Assembly (NCBI GenBank): GCA_027604505.1
Contig: JADIIX010000022.1
Coordinates: 1-64,000 of the forward strand
Length of the DNA: 64,000 nt
Direction: 5' to 3'
Source: Gonapodya sp. JEL0774
Taxonomy: Eukaryota
Positions 46,982 to 60,243 of this stretch are shown one piece after another. A program made the translations under genes and the position numbers. The notes below the pieces were generated by a model. It was given only the letters and a program-made list of their open reading frames with translations, ran no database searches and had not been told where the DNA came from. Each line of letters starts with the position of its first letter. Within the stretch, counting starts at the first letter, position 1.

Positions 46982-48877
46982 ATGGCCGACCGCTACTCGT
47001 TCTCGCTTACAACTTTCTCACCGTCCGGAAAGCTCGTCCAGATCGAATACGCACTCAACGCGGTGTCGCAAGGAGTAACAAGCATAGGCATTAAGGGTAA
47101 GTGTTTCTGCCTTTTGAATGCACGGAGGAAAAGGTGGAAATCCCGACTTTTATCTGCGGAGTTTGGGAATCTGCAAGCTGTTTGACAGAAACAAAAGCAG
47201 ACGACAACTCCAAACTTTGCATCTTATTCAAGTATCAGCTGTGCTTCGATGAGGTCCACATCTTTTGGGGCAAGCTTCAGCGAATGCAGTATTGAGAAAC
47301 ACTTGCGTCGGCCACTAGGTCTGGAGAATACAACAACCCCCAAACTATCCGCTCAGAGGGAGCGGGGTGTTAAAACGGGTGTCCTCCACCACCGCTGGGC
47401 GCCATCGAGCGTGCAATCGAGGGTAGACTTGTGATGACTGGTTCACGGTTCTGGAGGATACGATTACGACGAATGCTGGTCCCGTCGTCGGAGCCGTGGA
47501 TTCCTCCTGTTCATCGGGCCTATTGATGAGGATGACATATGTTTGGATTGCTCTCAGGAGTCAAGCAACCTCGTAGCGTTCTCTGTGTTCGTTTGTGTCC
47601 ACGAATGCGGAGTCTTGGGTTACACGAAACTCGATTGCACACAGCCAATCCATTGGACTCGATTGAGGCCTTGAATGGATTGAGCAAATCGGAATCGAGC
47701 ACAACACACATACCTGATATTGGTACCAATTCTGTGCTCCTTTCACCCTGAATTCCACCCAACTCCCCTCCACACCTCCCCCCCACCTCCCCCACCACCT
47801 CAAACCATCGTATCCGCTGTTCCCTACTTAGCCACAACTGGCTGCGTCATCGCAACCTCCAAGCAAACCTCCTCACCTCTCATCGACGACTCTACCATCG
47901 AAAAAATCAGTGTTGTATGCTCATCTATCGGTCTCGTGTATTCGGGCATGGGTCCCGACGCCCGAGTGCTCGTCGATAGGGCCAGGAAGGCTGCACAGCA
48001 GTACCGAAGGGTTTATAATGAGGACCCCCCAGTGGCCATTCTTGTGAAGGAGGTGGCGCAGGTGATGCAGGAGTATACCCAGAGCGGGTGAGTTGCTGGC
48101 TGATTATCGATGGAGTTAAGGATTTGAATCCCCGGGGAGCGAAGGATGTAGTTGAATGGAGATTTGTTTGAATCCCGTGAAGACATTCGTGAAGAATTTC
48201 GTGCGCTTACTTGACATGGTATTCCTACACCGCAAACATTAAATCTCATCGTTTATTGTCTTCCGTATTTATTGTTTAGTGGTGTCCGTCCCTTTGGCGT
48301 ATCACTTTTGGTGGTGGGGTCCGACAGTACGGGTCACTACCTGTATCAAGTTGACCCGTCGGGCTCGTTTTTCCCGTGGAAGGCGACTGCTATTGGAAAG
48401 AATATGATCAACGCCAAGACGTTTTTGGAAAAGCGGTGAGTAGCTGACGAAAACTGCGAGGGAGATATGGCGGTCTCCATATTGCACCATGGAGCATGTC
48501 GTTTCACTCCCCTTACCCTTGCCGTAACGGTTATGCTCCTTGCACCACCGCGCTAAAAGGTACTCTGACACTCTCGAGCTCGAAGATGCATGTCACACTG
48601 CCCTACTGACACTCAAGGAGGGCTTCGAGGGTGCTATGACGGAATCCACAGTAGAGCTTGGGATTGCGTACTCGGAGGTGGTGGAGGTTGACGATGCGAG
48701 CCAGCCCAGTGGGAAGAGGAGTGAGAGGAGAGGGGTGTTCAAGAAGCTTGGAGCAGCCGAGGTGGGTTCAATAAGAGTGGTGGTTGGGATGCACCATTGA
48801 TGTGACTAATGCTGCTACTGTGTTGGTGGGGAATATCTATTTCTTAGGTGAAGGACTACCTAGCTAACATTGCATAG
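46982..48877 (+). CDS. PRE8: 20S proteasome subunit alpha-2
   Basis: [84 protein letters not shown]. Confidence 0.97.
47567..47706 (+). ncRNA. Candidate box H/ACA RNA domain in PRE8 intron 1
   Basis: Hairpin 47581-47592/47601-47612 (12 bp including G-U pairs); H-box-like ACACGA at 47622-47627; second hairpin CTCGATT/AATCGAG with upper stem CAATCCATT/AATGGATTG; ACA at 47701-47703. Confidence 0.5.
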
Positions 48878-49304
48878 ATTCATAGAGCTGGAGCAATGTG
48901 TGCATTGGAGAGTTAGGTTTGCATTGATAAGGGCAAACGAGCATGTACAGATGTGGTTGCACGCCCAACCATACATCAACGTATGGAATTCAATCGTTTA
49001 CATTGAGATGGCTTGGTGCAATTTTGCCTCTGTCGATGCTCTCAGATCTCAAGTTGAGCCTGTTTTCCAGTCTGGGTTTTCTAGGGAGATAAGGATTGTG
49101 GCTTTGAGATATGGGAGTTGCACGAATGAAGATATCATTTGTGTCCATTTTGGGGTGGAATCAAATATTTGGGTTGGTGGTCGCGTGACCCCGGGCCAGG
49201 GCTCAGCGGTTTTGGTGATTTTCCACCATTCCGCCCGTCTCAGCAACAAACACCAAAACGACTCAACTCGCAAGAACGACATCCGCTCCTCCACGCGCAC
49301 CATC

Positions 49305-50624
49305 ATGGAAACAGAAGCGCCTGCCGTGGAAACAGAAAGTCCAGAGATACGCTGGACGGTTGCGTTTATAGCGTCGTTCCTCAAGGCCACACCCTCATCC
49401 TCATCCACCCCTTCCGAGCTGCAACTGTTTGAGGACGGTCTTACCGAAAAGCTCAAGCTGCTTTATAGAGGCCACTGGTATCCAGACCAGCCCCTTCGTG
49501 GGTCCGGTTACAGGAGCTTAGAATTACCGAGCTCCCGCCTCGTCCTAAATGTGGCAAAGGAGAGCGGGTTGATCATTCGAGGGGATGAGTGGGGATGTGG
49601 AATTGTTGTCTGGGTGAGTAGCCTGGCGGCTTCACTGTTGAGCTTTCCACCTGAAAAAGAGATTACCGGTGCCGAGCTCGGTTGATTTGCCCCCCGAGAA
49701 GGAGCTGTTTTCAAAGTAAGGGGATGCAACGCAACGTGGCAGGTGTCTGAGGAAGACCTTTTGACGGTTTAGTGCCGTCCCAAGGGCTTTTTCTGCTGCT
49801 TTTAGTGTCGTTGTACATCCGCGCATTCCGACCCTTTATTAACACCCAACTCTCCTGTTCGTTTTCAGTGCGACCCCGGCTCTGTAGATTTCCGACAAGC
49901 CGATCGTGGATACACGCAATGCGTCTACGATGCATCAGGACGCCGACCCGTTGTAAACTTCCAACTTGCGCGTGGCCTGCTCAGCACTATCAACTCTCCC
50001 CCTGCCCGAGGGCCGTCTCCGCGATCCATGTCACCTGATTCGCGTCCTTCTTCGACATCACCTACCCGGGGTCCTTCGCCCACTGCTCCAAAAGACTTCA
50101 AGGACAGGTTGTCCCAGCGCGGTGTCACCCTTAAGAAAGCGGAAGAGGTTAAGAAGAAGGAGGGAGGGAAGAGGGACAAAGCAAGAAGAGATTCTGGATA
50201 TGGTGTGTTACGTCGGCCTTTTGCGCTGCAGTGCCACTTTGTTCACGAGTTCGAACTGGTCAGTCTCGCCGGCCGAGCTCGCGGATCTCCGACTTGGCCA
50301 CTCTTCAACGCCGGATATCAGTGTCCGCGGTTGATCATCCCCCTCCACTTCACTCTCTCTTTTCATAATCCTATCCCCTGTTCCTTTGGAAATTCGCTTG
50401 CCCACACACCTCTACCTTCTCGGACGTTCATTGAACTCAACTTAGCCTACAACGCTCACCTTCATTCTCCACCGCAATCGAAAACGACCTTTGCAAAGTT
50501 CCCTACCCTCTATTTTCCTCCCACCCATACGCCACTCTGTACAGTATTCGCACCACCACTCGTGTACAAATTTCTGCATGAGACGTATGGACTCCATTCG
50601 CACAATGTTTGCCTTGTCGATTGA
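49305..50624 (+). CDS. BTG/Tob antiproliferative-domain protein (3' end uncertain)
   Basis: FEDGLTEKLKLLYRGHWYPDQPLRGSGYRS (box A); spliced IVVW|CDPGSVDFR (box B) using intron 49614-49868. Confidence 0.85.
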
Positions 50625-50784
50625 TTGATGAAGCATGGAGCATGTCTTGTTACCGTTTCTGTTTGATTTCGCCCGTTCATCTATTGGGGTTGTGAGTTTG
50701 TCAAGAATTTTGGTGGACTGGGAGAGTTGGGTCCGAATGTACTGGTATCTTGTTGAATAAATATCTACTGAAACACTACAATGA

Positions 50785-52119
50785 CTATGAGTCTGCACGC
50801 CATAAACTCGCATACACCCGACGTCCTCCAGAGTATGGACGGCGAGAGTGCTGCACCAACATATTATCGATGACAACCACATCCCCTGCCTTCCATGTCA
50901 ACGGAACTGCGATATTTTCCATAACCTGTAACAAGTTTTCGAGGTCACCTTCATCGATTTCGGAACCATCGCCCCACCTTATACCATCGGAGACTGGCTT
51001 CCCTGTGGCAGCAAAATTACCGAGTGCATCGGTGTATGCACCACAAATGGAATTGAAAAGAACATTTTGGTGTGTTCGAGTATCTCGTTTCCAACCTGAA
51101 AGGGTCGAGGAGGTCACCCGCACGCCAGAATCTGGGTCCCCGGAGACCCAATTGGCTTTCTGTTGCAAAGAAGAGATGCGCGACTGTGATGAGAGAACCA
51201 AAAAAAAGGTTTGTTTATCGCTGAACATCGGCAGGACGGGGGACGGGCACCCACTTCTGCTTCCTCTCGGTTCGAGACATTGTACGTATCCAGCCACCCA
51301 CGCCCGTTGTTCCGAGTGGGGTCAGTATCTCGATTTAGAACACGTGTGTATGCAATTCCCTGAAGAGTAGTCAGGGCTTTCGCGGACTGTCACGTCGACG
51401 TGTAACATCGATGGAATGACTAACCTTGGTCTGTAACTTCTCCAAGAACTTCGGCATGGCACTTGAGACTCTTTCAAACGCTTCAGCTCCATGGACGATT
51501 CCTGTCTCTCCTCCTTCAACCGCAGGGTTGTCGCAGTAAAACATGATGACCCCAGGTGGATCAACCGACTGGGCAACTTCATTGTGGAAAGCTAGGAGCG
51601 GGCGCTCATGAGCACAGTCAGAATTTCCTACGAGACGCCGCCGACTATAACGCGCACCTATTGGCCTGTCCGCAGGTCCCTCGTTGGTTGTGAAGACGGA
51701 ACCAAAGATGCTCGTCCGAGGCGCTAAAGAGATCAAATGTCAAGTGAAATCTACTCGTGTGGATTGAATCGTGGCGTTGTCGTACCTGCTCCGCCTATGT
51801 ACTCGTACTGCTCGAGATTCCAGGAGTGGCCAAACTTGTCAAATGCCTGAGCAGTTTCAAGTCCGGGAATCCCGCGAAACAGGATAGCCCCATGATCACG
51901 GAGTGCCTTCTTCAGAAAACCCAGCTTCTCTCTGATAGCTGCGAGGGAATCGTCCAATGTCGTTCCCAAATCGGATTGGAGAACGAGCGGGAATGAAACT
52001 TTCGAGTCCCCAGGTCCAGAAAGAAACCGCTGACCAGGAGTTGAAGATGGCGAGAAACCAGAAACCTCGAAAGTTGTTTGACTTGAGCGTGATGGGAGAG
52101 TCGATGGTGATGGCGACAT
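50785..52119 (-). CDS. TauD/clavaminate-synthase-like 2OG-Fe(II) dioxygenase
   Basis: LRDHGAILFRG, VFTTNEGP, FHNE, IMFYCDNPAVEGGET, VLFNS, WKAGDVVVIDNMLVQHSRRPY..RRVYASL. Confidence 0.92.
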
Positions 52120-53292
52120 AACTGACGAATCGGGAAAGGTTGGTCTTGTGGGCCGAAAGCTCCGCCAGATTATTGGTATGCCACCCTCGAGAATTGATTC
52201 GCGACATCCACGTGGTGAATGAACTTCAGAATTGTACAATATGATAAGATACTAGTAGAGAGTCCACTCACGGAGCTGAGGGAGGATTCAGCCGTATACA
52301 GTGATATGGTTCGCTCTAATACGAGTCCATTTGTATCCGCTCAATGATGGTCAGATCAAACTCAGTCACGCTTTATCCAGGAATTCATTTAAAAGGGTTG
52401 GTATTTTCAGATGCAGATTCGCTCTCCGATGCTTCTTCGTTTGTTTACATCGATTGAGTGGTGATCTGTTTGTTTATAACATATCCTCAACATTAAACTG
52501 CGCAAACATCGTTCCAGCCATTTTATGTCACGTGATGGACATCATGGAAAGAGAATAAATATTGTTTGTGCATGCCGAGGAATCGGTAATGACTCGATCG
52601 AGATGTTGATACAAGGAGGTGTGGGTTCCGATTCCATGCCCCAGGTGGCACGCACCAGCCGCAACCAGTTCGTTCATGCCACGACGAGTGAGCTTCTGAA
52701 GACATTTATTTATACCGGATTGTGCCTGAGTAATGAGCTTTAACAGAACTGATGTTGTAGTGGGAGAGTGGAGCTGCTTTCGAAAATTTGTTTACGTATG
52801 TATGTATATGTAGTATGTGTGTGCAATCGAAAGGCAAATATTTTGTATAGTGCCACATCTCCCGGTGTTGAAAGCGTTTACGTGTGAACAACCCGGTGTG
52901 GTATCGATGCTGACTCTTTTGATTTTCCGCTCGGTACAGCTTGGACGGATTTCAGAATCACTGACCTCGTAGTTTTCTTTTCTATCCAGTTTCCCTTCTG
53001 GTGTGGCGTTATCTTAGCTCGGGTACATTACCGGTTCGTTGTTCGTTCCGGGCGATCTCATCAGATGAATTGTATTGATCCAGCAGCAAGCAGAATTAGA
53101 TGCTACGAGGAATTCGGCTGAAGAGCTGTTTGCCAGCCAGAACAGTGGGAATGCGTGGGCATGCAAATCTGAACCATCAATTGAATTTTGAATACAAAGA
53201 CTCCCGAAACATGATGCAAGCAAAGCAATCCGAGAATCGCTTCGCTCGGAATAAATCACAGGCGCTGTGTGCACGATGACGCCAACCTGCGC

Positions 53293-53324
53293 CTGACATT
53301 TATCTGACATTTGTCTGACATTTG
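53293..53324. repeat. 11-bp tandem repeat x3 (CTGACATTTRT) in the intergenic region between the dioxygenase and the MFS gene
   Basis: CTGACATTTAT CTGACATTTGT CTGACATTTG. Confidence 0.75.
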
Positions 53325-53584
53325 AAATAAAATTTCCTGACGATTTAGGAACACTTGGGGCGTCATTGCCGCCTCAAACCTTTTGGACCTGACCGATCCA
53401 CAGAGGCGCGTGGGGCACAACACACACAACCAAGATCTCCCATTTGGTGCCTCTCGGCCAACTTTGGAAAATTCACCGCGACTGCCGAAACTCCAGTCCC
53501 ACGCCGAGGAAAAGACGCAAAGTGGATCGCTCGCTGCAAATACAAAGTTCATCGCTGGTTCTGGTCACTCCATCATAACCCCCA

Positions 53585-56563
53585 ATGTCATCGGGAGATT
53601 TCGACAACACTGCCACTTCATGGTCCCGCGAGGAGGAGAAGGCTCTCGTTCGCAAGCTTGACTTGAGGCTTATGCCTTTCGCCATGGCGATGTTTTTCGT
53701 TGCGTACCTTGAGTGAGTGAATCTATCGAGTTTCACAAGCTCGCTGCTCTTGCCAAAGATTACTTTCGATCTTGGCGTTGATAATCCAGCCGCGGTAATA
53801 TATCCAATGCACGCACCGCCAATGGAGTCCGTTCCGCGACGAGTGCTCCCCCTGACAGTATGTATACGTTTTGTGCTTTTTGGCCCGATGTCGAAACATA
53901 CTTATATGTCCGTATTTCTTGATTATCAATCAAGGCTTCGAGGTTGCGCTCGGCCGTGAGTATCTTTCGCAAACTGTTTGCACGCTCTAGAAATTGATAA
54001 CACGCTGTTGACTTGGCTCTTCCACTCCACCTTCTCATCCTTGGAAAACTAATGCTGGTTTCAGTTGAAGGCAACGATTTCCAGTTCTGCGTTTCTATTT
54101 TCTTCGGTTTGTAGTTCTCCTGCCCTTATTGTACGAACACCCGCTTGATGCAATTTCCTTGACTTCTCCTCTTTCCCACAGTCACATACATTCTCTTGGA
54201 GGTGAGCATGCGTCTTCTTTGCTCACAGAGCTCATCTCATTTGAGTTATGTCTTTTGTTAGGTCCCGTCCAACATGTACGCATGCTTATCCAAATAAAGA
54301 AAAAGCCCAACGCTCATGCCACGATTCCTTCACAGGGTTCTCAAATACTTCACTCCACGTGTCTGGTTTACCCGGATTATGTTTACGGTAAGAAATTAGG
54401 TGCTCGATTTCTTCTCTCTCGACGTTGAGCAATGTCGTCGTTCTATGTTCTATTCAGTGGGGAGTTGTGTCGGCTTGCCAAGCTGCATGCAGCAACAAAA
54501 CTGGTCTGGTTATCTGCCGTCTGATGGTCGGCGTTGCTGTAAGTCGATAAATTTGATCGTGGGATTTACCCTGTCTACATGTCTCACTAATTCTGGTTCT
54601 CAGGAGGCCGGTCTGCTCCCGGGTCTTCTTTTCTGGATTGGGTATGAGAGAGATAATAGACTTGCCTTCTTTTGTCATTTTCTAAGGCTTTTCTTCATTG
54701 ATCGCCTAGATTTTGGTATCGAAAGTTTGAAATCGGCACGCGCACCGCCCTCATCCACTCCATGCTAGCAACAGCGAGTGCTTTCGCTGGTTTGATCGCA
54801 ACAGGAAGTAAGTTCTCTCACATCTTTGATCTCAACGTTTTGAGGAACCAATTCGCGGACTTTTTGTTTCCCGGCGCACCAGTCGGCAACATGAACGGTG
54901 CTGGAGGACTCCCGACCTGGCGCTGGATTTTCATCGTGAGTCTCAGTTGTTTGTAGTCGTCTCATGTGTTGCTCTGAGCCTGACTCCCGTTTTTCTATTC
55001 AGATCGAGGTGGATTCGAATCATGTCTGATTCTCGCACCCCGTGACTCACAACTTGTTGCGATTCCAGGCGTTCCCCTCCCTGATCCTCGCTGTATTCAC
55101 TCTCATTTTCCTTCCGGATTTCCCACACACTGCACACAAGTTTTTGGTAGGACCTGAGAGTCTTTCCACCAGCAGCACTCTCTAGTAAATCTCTCCCCAC
55201 TTGTCGATAGAGTCCCCGTGAGCAACAGATCGCAATTGCTCGTCTTCCGCCGTCAGCTCCCAGCCACTTGCAGAAGAACTTTGACGGCGTATGTTCCACT
55301 GATGTGTGAAATCCTGCGATCGCGATCTAACGCTCACCTTTTCACATACACAGAATGCTCTTGTCGAGGCCCTGAAGGACCCGATGAACTTCCTGTACCC
55401 CGTTTTCTTTTCCGTTGGTGTTATTCCCCAACTTGCCCTTCAGTACTTCCTGGTACGTGTCCCAGAAGCGAACCCTCAGCTCTATCTCGTCGCGTCACTG
55501 ACACGCAATTGTATTCTCAACGAAAAGCCCACAATCTTGAATGCGATGGGCTACACTGGAGCGACGAGGTTGGTTCTGCGTTGGATGTTCTCATGCATTG
55601 TCTAATTTCTCACGATGCTTGTTACCATCTTCCCACAGCAACCTTATGTCCGCACCTCCAAAGTGAGTTTTCAGAGCCATCCTTCTATCTGGGAACCCTA
55701 AAATCACGGTCACCTCTCCTCCCCCACACAATACTTTCTTTCAGCTTGTGGGGTGCTTTCTTTGAAATATGCATGGCAGTCCACTCAGACGCAACACAGG
55801 AGCGTTTGTTTCACATTCTCATCCCAGCATCCATCGGTTTGGTTGGCTACGCACTGCTCCCAGTTGCTGGCAAGAACGCCTGGCCTGTCGGTGTGAGGTA
55901 TTTGCTCACGTTTTTGGCAAACTCGGGTTCGTGGCGGTTCTTGCTTTCCGAGATGAGCTACGGAAACCATTAATTCGATCAACACCCCGCCAGGTATCGC
56001 GAGTGCACCTGCTTGGTATGCATGGCGCCAGAACATGACTGTCGGTGCGACCACGGTGGCATTTGTGATGGCTTGGACCAATTCTGGTAGGTGCTTTAAT
56101 CCGAAAGTTTCGACCGGCCTTCTTCCTTCACTTCCAGGCAATCCCTAACGTGGGCCCATTCTCGCTTACAGTCGTTAACATTGCTGGTGCGGTTTCCCCG
56201 TTCCTTTTCCCCACCTCGGACAGCCCATACTACGAGAAGGGTGGTTACGTGGGGTGAGGAGCGGGTTTTCTTTATCGTCACTTCGTCATACTAGCACTCA
56301 AACGTTGTCAAATTTTTGATCTTTTAGTGCTGGCTGCTTTGCCGCTTCCATGTTTGGCGCGGTCATTATATACTTGTGAGCCGTCTCAAGTTTGTGCTGT
56401 CTTATGCTGATGTAGTTCTTACTGATGCACATGTCTCGCTACCAGCTACGACGGATACCGCCGAAGGCAGGGCTTCTACGATGCCATTGAAGCAGAAGCA
56501 AAGCGTGAGCTGGACGCCATGCAAGCCATGTTTGATAAGGAGGCCGGTCTGGCGAAGGTGTAA
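53585..56563 (+). CDS. MFS transporter, anion:cation symporter (allantoate/nicotinate permease-like) family, many micro-exons
   Basis: EEKALVRKLDLRLMP..AYLD|RGNISNA; EAGLLPG; MNGAGGLPTWRWIFI; SDATQERLFH; stop TAA at 56561-56563. Confidence 0.88.
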
Positions 56564-57109
56564 GGGAACCACCCCGTACAAACCCATAGTTTTGAGAGTG
56601 AAGTGGTGGGACTCACCTTGGACCCTTAAAGAATTTTGACTGTTGCATCAACTGTTCTTCTGAATGGCATTTGAGGCGAGACATTTTGCGTTTGTTCATT
56701 AGGCGACTTGCTTTACTACATGCGAGCAGATCACTCTCTGTGTTTGAACATTGAAATACTTGATTTTTATCTTGGTTCTTTTATCTGTCTGCTCACTGAA
56801 CCGGCGCACCGGAACAGTAAAGATGGTCGACCGATTCTAACACATTCCGCTGGCGGTACTCTGGTTGCCCAAACTCGCATATACAGGGGTCAAAGAGGGA
56901 TGATGAGCCGTATAAGAGAGCGACACATTCGTATCGCTGGGCAAATCATCGCTCAAGCGTCAAGTGGTGATGCAGCTTCTCCATTGTCCGCACCTAAAGC
57001 CTGTGCGTTTCAATGCTCTGTGTCATTATGTACTATGCAACACGAGTGACGACCACAAGGCCTGATCTCGGCATTCCTGACTATCGTCGCCAAGTTTGAT
57101 TATCATTAA

Positions 57110-57956
57110 TTAAGCGCCGTTCCTGTATAACTCTGCATCGATCCAGCCAATGTAGTGTAAACCCCCAAAGCCACCAATCCAATAGACGGACTGGACACGA
57201 AGGACGTGCCATCTGGGTCGCGGCAGTTGAAAAGTGGGACGATCAACTTTTGAAGGTCGTGGTATTACTATCCTTGCAATGTTCTTACCGAAAGTCGTGA
57301 AAACCACCGCCACCTTTTTCTGGTGCCCATCCCCGCGCGTCCGGATGCGTTGCGAGGAAAATTGCTCTGGCCTCTTCGATCTCCGTGGGGTCTTCAAGTG
57401 CCTCGACGGTGCCGAGGAGGGTCACGCGAGGCAATGACATGGCGGTATTGGAGGCTGCGTGCAATGGCGGGTAGTCGGAGATGAAGAGCTGCTCCGCATA
57501 CGGGTGATACGGCTGTGAGTGCGATGGGTGAGAAATCGAGGTAGACGAGTCGTTGGAGTGGTGATATGTATCTCGGACGTGCAACGAAGCGCGATTGTCG
57601 GCACGCAGGTTGTGCGCATTGAGTTGGAGTGAGGAGATGAGAAGGATGGGGTCACCGTGATGGTTTGGTGCAAAATAGTCCATCGAGCCAAAAGGGAAGT
57701 CTGCGGAAAAAACATGCGCCCTTCACTAACACCATAAGCGCATTCGCAAGAGGACTGATCATCGTCGCTCTCACTCACCGGCCCACTGGCCCTCGCCCAT
57801 TGTCGTGATGAGTGTACCGATTGGCTGCCGATGAACCAACGATCTCGCAAGCTTTGCCGCTTCCTGGGGGGTTTTCTCTGCTAGCGCAGTGCTCACGAAA
57901 CCAGAGACACCAATGAGCAGAATCTGTAGCACAGATTTGAGCGTTCTGCTGGTCAT
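57110..57956 (-). CDS. CREG-like / pyridoxamine-5'-phosphate-oxidase-fold secreted protein
   Basis: Signal peptide; AAKLARSLV..GTLIT; FPFGSMDY; GDPILLISSL; LPRVTLLG; FLATHPDARGW; VYWIGGFGGLHYIGWI. Confidence 0.88.
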
Positions 57957-58043
57957 TTCTGCTTTTGGGGGAGTTTCCGCACTCTGCAATCGGCTGTGGC
58001 CTCGTACCCAGGACGAAGCAGGAAGCATTAAGTTACCAACTCA

Positions 58044-59601
58044 ATGGCACTTGATGCTCCGAAAGAATGGGTCACATTAACTGGTATCGATGGAGTGGCC
58101 AAGCAGACAATCACATCTGGGAATGGAGAGATCGTTGAGCGTGCGGGAGTAGTCAGAGGTTAGGACTTTGAACCTCACGCACACTGAATAATGAATGAGT
58201 CGTCTGCCTTGTTTTCTTTTAGTCTCCATACTCACTGACATGCCACTTACCCCACTCTGACACGTACATAATACGGACTGTGTGTTCCGTCGCAAATCTT
58301 TGTCAAGTTCACTACTCCGCATTTGTGCAAGGGTCGTCGCTTCCGTTTGACTCATCATTTCAATCCTCTCCCTTTGAATTCACTGTCGGTGCAGGTGTGT
58401 TCCGCCTGTTGTTTGCAGGAGTGTGCCAAAAACCACCCTTCAACGCTCTGATCCGCGCACCACCCAAAGGCCAAGTCATAGCCCCGCTGGACGCTTTGGC
58501 ACTCACTTGCCGGGTTGGTGATAGCGTTTCCATCCTCATCAATCCCCAAAATACGTCCAATGGGTCTGTCCCGGGTTTGTTTGATACTCGCGACGTTCCA
58601 CCCGGCGCAGCGGTGCAAGTCGACGTTCAAGTAGTGGGATATAAACCAGTGCGTGACACTAAATTCAGTCTTGTACCATCTCTAGTGGACTGTCTCACCA
58701 CGCACTCATACCATAACCCGTTCAACAATAGCCACGAATCAACACGACTCCATTCGCCCGTGCCGCATTTCTAAAAGACCGTGCAAATGAGATATATCGC
58801 GCAGCAGCGATGAGCAAAGGTGATGTCACCGAACTGTGGAAAGCATTAGGGGATTACGAAGAGGTTAGTTGGGGAATTGGTTGATTCCATTGCGACACGG
58901 TGGGGTCGTGGATGTGCACTCTTTTGATTTCACATGAGTATGAAAGCCTCGTCACAAACGGCAACTGTGTGCATGAGCTCACCGAACGATAGGCTATCTC
59001 CCTCCTCACCCCTTCCTCCCCCGCGTCCGACCACACTCTCCCCGCACCGTCTCTCATCCTCCTTACATCGCTGCTCCTCAATGCATCACAAGCGTATCTG
59101 CGGCTACGGGCAATGGGAGTGATGCGTATCGCATTGCCCTATGCCCGAGAATCAGTTCCCTCCATCGCCACCTCCACCTCCGCCCCAAACACCCCGTCTC
59201 TGCTTCCCTCAGGCGACGTTGTTGACTCGGGCGCAGTGACCTTGACCGACGCGGACCCTTGCGTGCCCGCACTCGCCCACTCGCGCCGAGCAGTGGATTT
59301 ATCACCCACCATGGCCAAGGCACATTATCGACGGGGTACGGCCGCCGCGGCGGGTGGAGGGTGGGAAGAGGCAGAATCCAGTTTAAAGATGGCGTTGGAG
59401 GTCGGTGCACTCCCATTTTACGCTGGATGCAGGTCGACGTGTGTCACCTGATCAGGCATGCTGTTCTGCCCACCATGCTTCTTTTCAAACCAGCTCGACC
59501 CTGCTGATCCCGCTCCAAGACGAGAGCTCGAGGCTGTTAAAAGAAGGAAACGGGAGGAGGCAAGGAGGGAGAAAGAGGTTTACAAAAGAGCCCTTGCCTA
59601 A
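58044..59601 (+). CDS. FKBP-type PPIase-like domain plus TPR protein
   Basis: GVAKQTITSGNG..|VHYSAFV..FDSS..PFEFTVGAG|QVI..PPGAAVQVDVQVV. TPR KAHYRRG..EEAESSLKMALE|LDPAD..EKEVYKRALA*. Confidence 0.82.
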
Positions 59602-60243
59602 TAGGACATCCGAGAGAGACTATTCAAGAGGTGGAGGATTATGTGTAGTGTGGTACATGAACAGTGGTTTGTGAACCATCGTTGTTGCACGATCAGTCTG
59701 TGAACTCGCACTATTCGATTGGGTCCCTGTCCAAAATTTTGTACATTTTCTACTATATAGTGTAAAGCAAAGAGCCGATGTGGAGGTGGACGACCCAGTG
59801 AGTAAAAGAGGAAAGCACAACTCCAGAAAGGTCAATGCCAATCGCCGGTCGTCGAGCACTTGCACACATTAGAACCAGCAGAACACCACATAAGTCATTC
59901 TGACCCCAAAAGATAATCTTTGTTCTAAAAAACAGCATTCTCTGAAATTGCATTGGGTTGGTCAAGATGGTAGTGGCAGCGGAAATGTTTCCCAGAACAC
60001 TATCTCTCCGTCACACAAGTCCAGTTCTTTGTGATATCAACCAGCCCCAAGTCCTGAACAGCAAAGCACGAACAAAGAAAAGTAAAGGAGATCCAAGAGG
60101 GGTTGGGATTCCAACGAAGTTCTTAGAGCTAGACAGGGAGACACACAATTTTTTTTTGCACAGAGTTCGAGTCTGAAATATTTGAGAGACACAAGAGACC
60201 GACATCCAAGCAGCATTGAGAGGGCCCACGACCTGCCGACATA

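Noticed and set aside
47700..48250. snR30/U17 identity from AAACCAT (47803) and GTATTCCTA (about 48220)
   Set aside because: The motifs lie in different introns, in the wrong order, and not inside the ACA-terminated hairpin.
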